DNA from: the human T2T-CHM13v2.0 reference genome, Homo sapiens
NCBI RefSeq assembly: GCF_009914755.1
Contig: NC_060928.1
Reading direction: 5' to 3' (one strand)
Length of the DNA stretch: 64,000 nt
This document shows positions 15,270-31,092 of the stretch, in pieces. Position numbers and translations under genes: made by a program. How positions within the stretch are numbered: position 1 is the first letter of the stretch; each line of letters begins with the position of its first letter. The notes below the pieces were generated by a model that saw only the letters and a list, made by a program, of their open reading frames with translations, was not told the DNA's origin and made no database searches.

Positions 15270-16449
15270 GAAAGACTATGGTCATTATAGCTGACGAGGA
15301 ACAGATACTTACTGTGAATATTTATCAGTGGAGGAGCAAAAGAGTATGTAAAAACAACCAGGAAGACACAGTATCGAAGAAACTAAAGGAACAGTTTCAA
15401 GTAGTGTTGTCCAGTTAGCAGCATCATAGATTAGGGGGGCTGTAGATCAGAGACTGGTGGGTGTCAAGACAAAAGCAAATTGAGCAACAGTTTTTATTTT
15501 GGGATTCACAGGTTATTGGTGACTTTGAAAAGTGCAATTTGAGTAGAATGATCAGATCAAGGTAAGGTGGGGGGTAAAGGAGTGAACAATGCTGAGATGG
15601 TGGAGATAACAAGTATGGACAATTTGCCACTGAAGTTTCACAACAAAAGGAGGATGATAAATAATAATGAATAGTGGTAAGCTTACAGACTATCAACATT
15701 GTAGCTTAGCTAAGAAATGTTCCCTGTGCAGACAAATAGTAGAAAATTATAAGATCTAGGGGCGGTGGTGGGGAATTTCAACCATATGCCTGCCTCCGTC
15801 CTGTGGGTAAGGCACCTGTGAAGATGTTTCCATGTGCTCATGGTTTCAGATTTTCCACCTTTATAGCTCCAAACACACAGCTTTAAGGAGGTCTGTTGAA
15901 CCTGCATGTTCCCAGAAGTTCTGTTGGGGAAGAGGCTGGGGAAGGCAGGAGATGGAGGAACAGAATTTCTGTACTCCTGCTGGTGCGTGGAGGTATCTTT
16001 TGAGGGTTTCTCTTTTTTTTTTTTTCAACTTTACAGTATAACTTTAAATCTAGCCAAGGCTGGAAATGGGTCTCCTGTCCCAAAGTTCAGATCATTCCTG
16101 CAGTATCCTTCTGTTAGTTGGGGAGTCGCAGAGGAATAAAAGGAAGATAGTATCACTATTTAGGTCCCACTGTCCACTAAAACCGCTTCTTTTGCCAATT
16201 GCTATTGAGAATGGGCTGAGAAGACACTGCTCAAAGTGACCACATTGTATTTGCCTGAAAAACTGAAGCCATCTTGATGGGAACCTAATTCTGCATGGAG
16301 GGAAACAGCAAGCAGCACAGTTACCGCTGCTGGGCAGAAATCTTCTGAGTAATTCAGCTGTATTTTCTCTGTTACAATCTGTTCTCAAGTGCCAGGTCAC
16401 AGGCATCATGACTTGCAGAAGTGAACGAATCTTGGAGATGTGGTTCTAA

Positions 16450-17044
<595 letters not shown>

Positions 17045-17610
17045 AACACCCAGCCTTTCTGACTGTTAGACTGAAAATTTGAAATGCAGGCAACTTTCTC
17101 TTAGCACTTGTTTTTTAGGGTGACCCCACAGATCGCAGGAGCTGTGAAACATCCTGTACACAACTGTAGCAAATGGAAAAAGTCAAAGAAGTTTACCTTT
17201 GACTATACATGCTCTGAGTTCACTGAGGATCGCATTGCTCTTCCTTCTCCTTCAAAACATGCATTGCCTCATTCTTGCTGATTTTGTTCCTGTATTTGAA
17301 AAAGTGCCCAGATACATTCATTCTTGAATTACAAATTGTTAACATTTCAGGTGTTCTGTAAAGTTATCCCTGAGGATATGAGAAAGGAAATTAATAGAGA
17401 TGGGTGTTGAACTCCAAATATGAGTGTTCAATAGAACAAGTTGTAAATTGCTTTCTCATCAGCAAATGAGTTTCCATGAAGCTACTTCATTTTAGATGAC
17501 ACCTCGCTATATTAAATATGTTTAGAGCTTCATCAGGCCTATTTTGTCTAAATGAGAAGAAACTGAAGAAAGGAAAACCAGATTTCAGACTTGAAACCAT
17601 ACATAGACAT

Positions 17611-17680
17611 ACAGTCAAAGCTCATTATTTATGGATTCCATATTTGTCAATTTGCCCACTTGTTAAAATTTATTTGTAAT
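17611..17680 (+). mobile_element. Tigger4-like (TcMar) terminal fragment
   Basis: tacagtcaaagctcattatttatggattccatatttg...aaaatttatttgtaa. Confidence 0.6.
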
Positions 17681-17699
17681 AATTGGTAAAAATTTATTT

Positions 17700-18075
17700 G
17701 CTTTCACTTCTTTTGCATATATGCCCAGAAGTGGAATTGCTAGATAATGTGGTCATTTTATTTTAAATGTTTTTAGAGACACCATACTGTTTTTTTGTGT
17801 CCACTGTACGTTTTACATTCCTACCAACAGGGTACAAGAAGGGCTTCAATTTTTCTGCATCCTCACCAACACTTGTTATTTTCTGTATCTTTGATAGTGG
17901 CCATCCTAGTAGGTGTGAGGTGGTATCTCATCGTACTTTTGATTTGTATTTCCCTAATGGTTGAGCAACTTGTCATGCACTAATTTGGAATTGATGTATC
18001 TTCTTTGGAGAAATATTTATGCAAATCCTTTGTCCATTAAATAAATTGGGTTGTTTGTTACTGAGTTGTAGGAGT
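17700..18075 (-). mobile_element. L1M fragment
   Basis: Antisense ORF2 3' portion (ccagaagtggaattgct...catcctcaccaacacttg). Confidence 0.8.
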
Positions 18076-18744
18076 CACACTAGAATGGTTCAAACTAAAA
18101 TCTGGCAACACCATTTTTTTAAATACATGCTTCTTTTTTTGATTTTTAAATTTTTAATGGATACATAATAGTTGTACATATTTATGGGGTACATGGGATA
18201 TTTTGATACAAGCATATAATGTGTAATGATCAAATCAGGGTAACTGGCACATCCATCACCTCAGACCTTTATCAGTTCTTTGTGTTGGGAGCATTTCAAA
18301 TCCTGTCCTCCAGCTATTTTGATATATACAATAAATATTGTTAACTAAGTTGCCCTATTATGCTACTGAACACTTATTCTATCTAACTGTATTTTTGTAC
18401 CCATTAATCAACTCCTCGTCATCCCCCTCTCCCTGCTTCCCTTCTTAGCCTCTGGTAACTATCATTCTACTCTGTAGGAACATGAGATCAATTTTTTAAA
18501 TCCCACATGTAAGTGAGAATGTGATATTTGCCTCTCTGTTTCTGGCATATTTCACTTAACCTAATGTCTAGTTCCATCCATGTTGCTGCAAATGACAGGA
18601 TTTCATTTTTTATGGCTAAATAATATTCCATTGTGTGTATATATAACACATATTCTTTATGCATTCATCTGTTGATGGACACTTAGGTTAATGCTGTATC
18701 TTGGCTATTGTGTGAATAGTGCTTCAATAAACATGGGAGTACAG

Positions 18745-19125
18745 TGTATTAGTCTGTTTTCACACTGATATAAAGAACTACCTGAGACTAGGTAATTTAT
18801 GAAGAAAAGAGGTTTAATAGACTCACAGTTTCACAGGCTTAACAGGAAGCATGATTGGGAGGCCTCAAAAAATTTACAATCATGACAGAAGGTGAAGGGG
18901 AAGCAAGGCATGTGTTACATGGTGGCAAGAGAGAAAGAGTGAGGCGGGAAAGTGCCACACTTTTAAACTATCAGATCTTGTGAGAATTCACTCACTATCA
19001 CGAGAACAGCATGGGGGAAATCCATCCCCATGATCCAGTCACCTCTCACCAGGCCCCTCCCCTGACAGGTGGGGATTACAATTTAACATGAGATTTGGGT
19101 GGGGACACAGAGCCAAACCATAACA
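18745..19125 (-). mobile_element. MSTA/THE1D-like solo LTR (ERVL-MaLR)
   Basis: tgtattagtctg...agccaaaccataaca; 5-bp TSD tacag. Confidence 0.9.
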
Positions 19126-20397
19126 TACAGATATCTGTTTGATACACTGATGTTCTTTTGGATATATTAACATATGCAGCAGTGAGATTGCTGGATCATA
19201 TGGTAGTTCTCTTCTTAGTTTTTTGAGGAACCTCCATACTGTTGTCCATAGTGGTTGTACTAATTTACATTCCCACCAACAGTGTACAAACATTCTCCTT
19301 TCTCTGCATCCTTGCCAGCATATGTTACTTCCTATCTTTTTGTTAATAGCAATTTTAACTGGTGTGAGATAATATCTTATTGTGGTTTTTGATTTGCATT
19401 TCCCTAATGATTAATATACCTACTTGCCACTTGGATGTCTTTTGCCATTTTAATTCAGTTTTTTTAGCAGAAGTTCTGTTTTTTAATTTTTTAAAATTTT
19501 TTAAATTTTTGTGGGTATGTAGTTATGAATTACATGAGATATTTTGCTTCAGGCATGCAATACATAATAATCACATCAGGGTACACACACAGGGTATCCT
19601 CTTTTGCCATTTTTAAATCAAATTATTTGTTTTTAGCTGTTGAGTTGTTAGAGTTCTTTATATATTCTGGTTATTAATCCCTCGTCAGATGGATAGTTTG
19701 CAAATGTTTTCTCACATTCTGTTGGTTTTCTCTTCGTTTGTTGTTTTCCTCGCTATGCAGAAGCTTTTTAGCTCAATGTAATCCCAATTGTTAATTTTTG
19801 CTTTGGTTGCCTGTGCCTTTGAGGTCTTACTCAATAACTTTGTCCAGGCCAATGTCCTGAAGCATTTCCCCAGTGTTTTCTTGTAGTAGTTTCATAGATT
19901 CAGGTCTTACATTTAATCTTTAATTCATTTTTATTTAATGTTTGTATATGGTGAGATATAGAGGTCTGGTTTTAGTCTGTATATGGATATCCAGTGTTCC
20001 CAGCATCATTTATTGAAGAGACTGTTTTCTCCCCAGTGTGTGTTCTTGGTGCCTTTGTTGAAAATTATTTTGGTTATAAAAGTGTGAATTCATTTCTGGG
20101 TTGTCTATTCTGTTCCATTGGTCTATGTGTCCATTTTTAAACCAGTACCATGCTGTTTTAGATATTATAGCTTTGTAGTATATTTTGAAATAAGGTAGTG
20201 TGATGACTCCAGCTTTGTTCCTTTTGCTTAGTTTTCTTTAGCTATTCAGGGTCTTTTGTGGTTCCATGCGAATTTTAGCATTGCATTTTCTATTTCTCTG
20301 AAGAATGTCATTGGCATTTTGATAGGGATTCCATTGAATCTATAGATCACGTTAAGTAGTATGGGCATTTAACAATATTAATTCTTTCAAACTATGA

Positions 20398-20726
<329 letters not shown>

Positions 20727-23274
20727 CAATTTCTTTCATTGGTGTTTTATAGTTTTCATTGTAGAGATCTTTTAATTCTTTGGTTAAATTTATTCCTAGG
20801 TATTCTTTTTGTAGGTTTTGTAAATGAGATTACTTTCTAGATTTCTTTTCCAGATTGTTAACTGTTGGCATGTAGAAATACTACTGATTTTTGTATGTTA
20901 ATTTTGTATTCTGCAACCTTACTGAATTTATCAGTTCTAACAGTTTTTTTTAGAGCCTTTAGATTTTTCTAAATGTAAGATAATGTCATCTGCAAACAAG
21001 TACAATTTGACTTCTTTCTTTGCAATTTGGACGCCCTTTATTTCCTTTTCTTGTCTAATTGCTCTATCTAGGACTTCCAGTACTATGTTGAATAAAAGTG
21101 GTGAAACTGGGCATCCCTGTCTTGTTCTAGAGCTTAGAAGAAAGGCTTTCAATTTCCCCTGTTCAGTGTGATGCTGTCTTTTGGTTTGGTTTTGTCATAC
21201 ACGGACTTTATTGTCTTGAGGTATGTTCCTTTTATACCCAGTTTCTTGAGGATTTTTATCATAAAGCAATGTTGAATTTCATTGAATGCTTTTTAGGAGG
21301 CATCTATTGAAATCATCATATAGTTTTTGTCTTTTATTCTGTTAATGTGATGTGTTGATTTGTGTATGTTGAACCATTTTTGCATTCCTGGGGTGAATCC
21401 CACCTGATCATGGTAAATGATCATTTCAATGGGATGTTGACTGTGGTTTGATGGTATTTTGTTGAGGATTTTTGCATCTTTTTTATGTCTTTGGTTTTGG
21501 TATGAGGGTAATGATGCCCTTGTAAAATAAGTGTGGAAGTATTCCCTTCTTTCCAATTTGTTGCAACAGTTTGAGTAGAATTGGTATTAGTTTTTCTTTA
21601 AATGCTTGGTAGAATTCAGCAGTGAAGCCATCAGGTTCTGGGCTTTCCCTAATGAGAGACTTTTTATTGCTACTTCAATCTTATTACTTTTTATTTGTCT
21701 GTTCAGATTCTCTATTTGTTCAATCTTGGTAGGTTGCATGGATGTAGGAGAGTAACCATTTCATCTAGGTTTTCTAATTTATTGTTGTACAATTGTTCAT
21801 AATAGTCTCTAATGAGCCTTTTTATTTCCATGGTACCTGTTGTAATGCCTTCTTTTCTGTCTCTGATTTTATTTATTTGAGTCTTCTCTCCTTGTTTCTT
21901 AGCTTAGGTAAAGATTTGTCAAATTTTTTTATCTTTTAAAAAAGCCAACTTTTTATTTTGTTAATCTTTGGTGGTTTATTGTCTCAATGTTATTTGTTTA
22001 TGCTCTAATCTTTATTATTTCTCTCCATCTACTAATTTTGGGTTTGGTTTTTTCTTGCTTTTCTAGTTCTGTAAGGTGCCAATGCCAAATGTTGATGAGA
22101 TTGTGTAAACTAGAACTCTCATATATTACTGATGGGAGTGCAAAATGATACAACCGCTTCTGAAAAATGTTTCACAGTTCCTTACAAAGTTAAACCGAGG
22201 CAGAATGTTGAGCTCATTTCTTTGCATTTCCCTTCTCTCTGGGATCGCCTCAGCCTGTAAGTTGGACAAAAGGTCCGTTCACTTTATGTTCCTCTAAATA
22301 GCCACTTTCTGCTAGGTTTCTCAGTAGTTTTGCCCTGTGCCTCCTAAAAAACCAGTGGGTGTCTCAAAAGGAAAAGTGGTACAAAATGTCTGACTTGCCT
22401 CAATTTTATTTCCCTTCTCCCTTAAGATCGTGGCCTTTCATGCCCTGGCTGTCTTGGTAGTCCTCCGAAGCCTTTAAACAGATTTTAAAAATAACTTTTG
22501 TCCAGCTGTTCTAGTTGTATTCAATGAGAAATTGGTCTGCTAGAAGCTAGTCCCTCATAGCCAGAACTGAGAATTCTTCTCTAAGCCCATACAAGCCAAC
22601 CCCCATCAGGGCTTGACACCCTTGTCCATCCTGAGATTTGGAGTGACTTCATCTTGTATTGTTGCCCCAGAATGTTGTCTTGTTTCACAGAGCTTTGCAA
22701 AGGGCCTGTGTTAATCTGAGGTTGTTTCTTGGACATTTTCTACCTCCATTCCAGCTAAAATCTACATTCATTACATCCTGGTTTTCATTCAGGCAGCTTT
22801 AGAAGGGATTGTGCACTCTCTTCCCACAGGAAGCTCATTAACCTAGTTAATTCTGTGATTTGTATTAGAGTAAAAAGGTGCCTTCACTAGGAAATAACCT
22901 AATGATTACTGCCTTCACGTCTGCTAAATTGGATTTGTGTCTTCTAGCTTCTTGAATTTTAGTTAAACTACATGAAGAATATGTGTGCAATCCTATGTGT
23001 AAGCATATGGAAGTCTCAGTATTCAGGGATGTGATTCTTTTAGTCCTCTCAAAAGGGGGAAAGTTAATAATAAATGCTTTTAGAGCTCTATAGTAAATTT
23101 TGGCTAAACAGTGCAAATCGAATGTTGGTAAACCTAATTGGAAGACTCATGGAGGGGAAGAAACCTCTTTTGTGCTGACTTCTGCCAAGGATTGGAAAAG
23201 AGATTCATTTTAAAGGCTCCCCAAGAGAGGATTGAAGACATAAAGTTCTTAATGTTTTTTTTTTTTCTCAACAG

Positions 23275-23421
23275 CTTACAAGAGCAGTGATTCCCAGGCT
23301 TTCTCAGCAATGTACCCCATTTCCTGACATTTACAGCTGAAGGTGAAGTTTCCCTTTTGCAAGGAGAAAATTTTGGTGGAGAATTATCCAACAAGAAAAA
23401 GACCTGTGGCTATTAAGATAG
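23275..23421 (+). other. Candidate non-coding (5'UTR or lncRNA) exon, 147 nt; alternative acceptor at 23337 gives 85 nt
   Basis: Acceptor (T)12ctcaacag; donor TAG|GTAAGT; stops in all three frames; unique sequence. Confidence 0.65.
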
Positions 23422-23574
23422 GTAAGTCTTTTATGTAGAGTATGGAGAGGGAAGTAGCTTATGGAAAAAATGCTAAGGAATGTTTCATTTGTTGTAAGTG
23501 GGATTCTAGGACTAGTATGTATTTCACTGAATATCAGGACAAGTGATCCTTGTCATCAGTGATCTAATCCTAGA

Positions 23575-23690
23575 TTGCATTCCCAACTCTTCTACTTACC
23601 AGCTGAGTCAACTTGGACAAGTGACTTAAATTCTCTGAACCCCAGTTATTTCATCTATAAAAGAAAGTTTCATGGGAAAAGGTTTTGTAA
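23575..23690 (+). mobile_element. MIR
   Basis: acttggacaagtgacttaaattctctgaaccccagttatttcatctataaa. Confidence 0.75.
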
Positions 23691-23726
23691 ATGGGAGAGG
23701 ACATGTAATACAAAAATGTGGTTATC

Positions 23727-24019
23727 ACCCGGGTGCAGTGGCTTGCACCTGTAATCCCAGCACTTTAGGAAGCTGAGGCGGGCGGATCACTTGAGGTCAG
23801 GAGTTCGAGACCAGGCTGGCTGACATGCTGAAACCCATCTCTACTAAAAATACAAAAGTCAGTCAGGTGTGGTGGTGGGCACCTGTAGTCCCAGCTACTC
23901 AGGAGGCTGAGGCAGGAGAATCGCTAGAACTCAGGAGGCAGAAGTTGCAGTGAGCCAAGATTGTGCCACTGCACTCCAGCCCGGGCAATAGAGCGAGACT
24001 CTGTCTCAAAAAAAAAAAA
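23727..24019 (+). mobile_element. AluSx-like
   Basis: Full dimer; TSD tggttatca. Confidence 0.95.
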
Positions 24020-24200
24020 TGGTTATCATTGTTCATTGTTTTCTTGCTATTAGAAAATTCAATGGAAACAGTGGCCTTGTGTCTCATGGTGCTTTTGAGC
24101 CATAGAGCTTGGTCCTGTGAGTTTGGGGAACTTTGTCTTCTGAATGCTGGGAGTGGGAGGCATTCCTCATCTGCCTCCCCTGTAAAAATAACATCATATC

Positions 24201-24562
<362 letters not shown>

Positions 24563-24964
24563 TTACTTTTTGTAAGTTGTGGGAAGAGATGGAAGTTAAA
24601 TATGAGATCAAAGGAAATAAAATAACAACTACCTATCAACAGTGACCTATTACGATAACTACCTGTTAATAAAAACTACTCATTAGTTGTCTTAGTTGCT
24701 ATGATAAGCATTGTATTGACTATTTGGTTACTTTATTTCATTAAATTCACATACCAAGCTTTGTAAGATGAATGTTACCTCTACCGTGAGAGTTCTCCTG
24801 GATTGTCAGCACCCCTTAGGGAGTCACTTAAAGAAGATAAAAGTCAGTCTGATTTCTTGTAATTTGAGAGGTTTTATTAGATGGTGGGAGTTTGAAGCTT
24901 TTAATTTTTTTCTAATTTTTTACAGTGAGCACATACGGCTTCTGTAATAATTAAAGTGGTCATT

Positions 24965-25370
24965 TGAAAATGAATGATGGATTTTTAGAAAATTTTTTCT
25001 TAAGCACCTACAGTGAACTAGGTACTATTTTTGATGTTTGTTCACATCAGTGCATGGAGCTTAATGTTGTAGCATGGATGGAGATGATAAATAATGCATA
25101 TAATAAACACGTTACTAGGATATTAGAATCCACTGAGAACATGGAGAAAAGAAAAAGTAAAGTAGAGCAAGAGAAGTTGGTTAGTGGGGTGGGAGTGCAA
25201 ATTGCAGAAGGGGCCTCATCGAGGAAAGGCAGGAAGTCAGGAGTTGGCCCTGGGCCTGTTCCAGGTAGAGGAAGCAGTGGGTGTAAAGGCCCTAAGGAGG
25301 GAATGCAGCTGGGGTGTTCCAGCCACAGCCAGGAGCCAGTCAGTGCTGGAGCAGAGTGAGTGGGAGGGTT
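24965..25370 (-). mobile_element. L2 fragment
   Basis: ttccaggtagaggaagcagtgggtgtaaaggccctaagg...gctggagcagagtgag. Confidence 0.7.
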
Positions 25371-25504
25371 GATCCACAGGAAATGAGGACACTTCTTGGT
25401 TTAGATGCATAAGATAGGTTGCCTTATTTTCTTCTGCAGTTAAAGAACACGTACTCCCTCCACCCAGCACACACACAAAATACATACATTAGGCCTCTAG
25501 CACC

Positions 25505-25963
25505 ATATTAATTTGCTAGGACTGCCATAAGAAATTAGGCAAACAGAGCTTAAAACAACAGAAGTGTATTGTTTCACAGGTCTGTAGGCTAGAAGTCCAA
25601 AATCAAGTTAGGGCCATGCTCCCTGTGAGACACATCAAAGGGAAACCTTCCTTGGCTCTTCCTGGCTTCTGGTGGTTGTTGGCAATCCTCGGCGTTCCTG
25701 GGCTGCAGCTGCATCCCTCCAGTCTCCGCCTCTGTCATCACCTATCATTCTCACTGTGTGTCTGTGTCTGCACATGGCTGTCTTCCCTCTTCTTATAAGG
25801 ACACCAGATATATTGGACTAAGGACCCACCCTACTTCAATGTGACCTCATCTTAAACTAATTACATCTGCAACAGCCCTACTTCCAAATAAGGTCAAATT
25901 CAGTGGTACTGCAGGGTCAGGACTTCAGCTTACTTTTTGGGGGATACAATTCAAACCATCACA
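25505..25963 (-). mobile_element. MLT1C-like LTR
   Basis: gcttaaaacaacagaag...ggatacaattcaaaccatcaca. Confidence 0.85.
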
Positions 25964-26081
25964 GCTACCTTAAATAATAAGTAATAGATATTACTATTCC
26001 CATCTTACAAGTAGAGAAACAGGCTCAGAAAACTCAAATAACTTGCCCAAGATCAGAGTCAGTAATCAAAACAGCCAGGTG

Positions 26082-26428
<347 letters not shown>

Positions 26429-26651
26429 CCAGCCAGGTCTAGGCCAGGCATGTCCTAGCTATCTGCAGTCCCAGCCACTCGGGAGGCTGAGGTGGGAGGA
26501 TCGTCAGTGTGATTTCACCATGCTGCTTATGTGCTACTAGGGCCGTGATATCAGGCTGGAGCTGACAAGACACTGCCCTGACACAGGGTAGGAGTTGCAC
26601 ACATACGACGTTGCAGTCCCTGTCCAAATTGCTTAACTCCAAGAGAGCTCA

Positions 26652-27300
<649 letters not shown>

Positions 27301-28022
27301 GAATTAGGGGATTTTGAAAGCCTTGAATATATTTTGGCTTTTCATTATGTTTAAAGATTCCCTCTAAACGTGCAGCCGTCTAGCCATTTGTGTTCCTTGG
27401 CCTGCAGCTGCATCACTGCAGTCAACTCTAGAACCTTATTTTAGGCATGGTCTTGAGGACTGCACGCGAGAAAAGGAAGGCTACACCAAAACAGAGCTGA
27501 GCACTTTTCCATGCCTGCACAGGCACGTGGTGTAGAGGGACATCCTGAGTTAGGCTGAAGGTAGAAGAAGCGACCACTGGCGGTCATGCTAGAGAAATGT
27601 CTAAATCCTGGTCAAGGAAAGCAAGTGCTCAAAGCTAAGTGTTGTGTTAAGTCTGGGAGGTGAGACAAAGCCATAGTAGGAAGACCATACCTGACCTCAA
27701 ACCAGGAAGATTCACGAACTAGAGCATGAGGCAAGGTGCGTGGTTCGGAGGTTGGTTGGTGAGGGCTTCAGGGGCCTGTTTGTCTTTGGCTCTGACTGTG
27801 CCATGTGGAAGTGAAAGGGGAAGGTGTCATGTGAGCCTGGGCAGCCCGCATCTGCTTTTCCTCAGTTTGCATTCAACCATGTTTTTGTTTACATAGCCTT
27901 GTAGTTTCCTTTCAAGGTCCTTTTTTTAACCTCTGTTCTAAATGTGTTTTTATTCCCTCTAAGCTTTTGTGCTTCTCTTTGCGCTTAACAGCAAATTGCT
28001 TTGGATCTTCATCTTAGTATAA

Positions 28023-28435
<413 letters not shown>

Positions 28436-28633
28436 TAGTGAATTAAAACGACACTTAGTCTTTGTCTGATGTTACTGCCACCAAATGCGACTCCCTGGGA
28501 CATACCTCCATCACACAGGTCTGGCTAGGGTTCTAGAGTCTAGTTAACACAGGTCTCCTCGATTGCCTTTTGGTTATCTAGCTGGCACTTCGTAGCTGCA
28601 GATAAATAGTTGCTGCTCTTGCTACTCCTGCAG

Positions 28634-28716
28634 CTGTTGATTGTGAAGTTAGACTACATGGGCCAGGCAAATCTGGGGTCATTGGTTTGAATTACTTCTC
28701 TGCTACCAACATTCAG
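28634..28716 (+). other. Candidate exon (83 nt)
   Basis: Acceptor gctgctcttgctactcctgcag; consensus donor CAG|GTAAGT. Confidence 0.4.
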
Positions 28717-28884
28717 GTAAGTACTCGGCTTTTCACAGGAAAGCCCCAAAGATGACTGATACTAGAATTTAAAGACTTATTTAATCCCTCTTATCACTAT
28801 GGAATGGAAACAAGATCCTCCTTTTTCCCCAGTAGTGGTAGATTGTTGAGCAATGAGAAATAATTAGTCCTTTAATTGTAACAC

Positions 28885-29495
<611 letters not shown>

Positions 29496-30789
29496 AAAAT
29501 GCTTAATTGTTATTACCAATCATTTATTTTTTCAATCTTCTCCTGTCATTTTGCTGGGAGAGCTGGGGTGCTATGGGAATATTATCTTTCTAATTAGGAC
29601 CTCCAAAAAGAAAACCCCTTCAGAACACCTGCTTCGCTTTAGTTGCTGGTGGACTTCTCTTCATGAGACAGATAGCAGTTTAGAATTTAGTTACTTAATC
29701 TGCAAGGATATGGAGAATTTGACTTCACCTTATTTCACTTCTACCATGGGGCTCAATCCCCTTGGGCACCCTGTCTCCCCACCCCTGACTTATGTCATTG
29801 TTCTAGTGGTCTGAACTTCAGTTTATCCCATCATCCAGATGAACCTGTAATTGATATTTTGGCATTGGGATAGCTGGAGATTATATTGCTAGCCTAGGCA
29901 ACAAAGCAGTCTCTCCCAAGGGAGTTAAATGATACTAGCCGTTGAAGATGAAAATTTGAGGAATACTTTACACTGTCATCTCTTGGGGAGGCTGATCACA
30001 CCCATCCCTCCTTTCTTCTGTCCTTGGTGAAATAGAGGCTGCTCCGGGAGGGCTCTGGGATGCAGACAGCAGCGACTTGAAATGAGATTCCTCTCTCCAT
30101 CTGCCAGACGTAACCCAAGATGAGTTGCACAGATGAAGCTGGCAGAGAAATGGGAAACTGGATGGCAAATGAGGTTCTGAGGGAAGCAAAATTCTAGCTA
30201 AATCCTTTTGTGATGGTAGAAGAGCTCTTGGTCTAATAATACAGAACTTAAGAATTAGGTTGGTGTAGTGCTAGTGGTTCAGCAAATGCAACCTGTCTGC
30301 AAGTCTCTTTCCTGTAGACTTCCTGGGAGTGTAGTGTTTATGAACAGGTGCCATGGGACCACAGTTAAACACAGGACAAACGATGACTTGTCTCCATCAA
30401 ATGTGATTGTTGTATACTGTACTATATGCTAGGGAGGACTGAATCATCAACTCTATGCTCTAAGATATCTCTTCCAGGAGCTTGAAAACACCAACTTTAG
30501 AGTAACTAGTTTGACAAGAAATAGCAGAGAGATGGGGATGGGGTAGGGGCATTTTGTTGATTCCTTTCCTCTTCCCTCCCTCCATTAACATGCATGGAAC
30601 TTTTTACATGCCAGACATTGTGCTGAGGGGTGAGGATATGAAGTAAGCATACTGTTCAGGAGTTCATGGTCACTTCCTCCTTCCTGTCACCTCTCTGCTG
30701 CCTCAGGTTCTCCTGCTCTTAACAGAGAACTGTAAGTAGTTGTATCTTGTCTGTCCTCCATGATAGGATGTAGCTTCTAAAAGCCAGGG

Positions 30790-31092
30790 GGCCAGGCACG
30801 GTGGCCCATGCTTGTAATCCCAGCACTTTGGTAGGCCATGGCGGGAAGACTGCATGAGCCCAGGAGTTCAACACTAGCCTGAGCAACATAGTGAGACCTC
30901 ATCTCTAACCACAAATTTTTAGAAAATTAGCCAGGCATGATGGCGCACCCCTGTGGTCCCAGCTACTCACAGGGAGACTGAAGTGGGAGGATGGCTTGAG
31001 CTTAGAGGGTTGAGCCTGCAGTGAGCCATGATCATGCCACTGCACTCCAGCCTGGGCAACAGAGCAAGACCCTATCCAAGAAAAAAAAAAAA
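30790..31092 (+). mobile_element. AluJ
   Basis: Full diverged dimer. Confidence 0.93.

Noticed and set aside
20937-21556. Reverse-transcriptase-like ORFs as a novel RT system
   Set aside because: They are fragments of decayed L1 ORF2 within a truncated L1MA-type element.
23275-23421. Assigning a host gene symbol from the exon candidate
   Set aside because: I could not match the sequence to a specific mRNA from memory with adequate confidence; BLAST is needed.
26441-26505. 7SL RNA gene or pseudogene
   Set aside because: Only the Alu-domain 5' ~60 nt is present and the S domain is absent.
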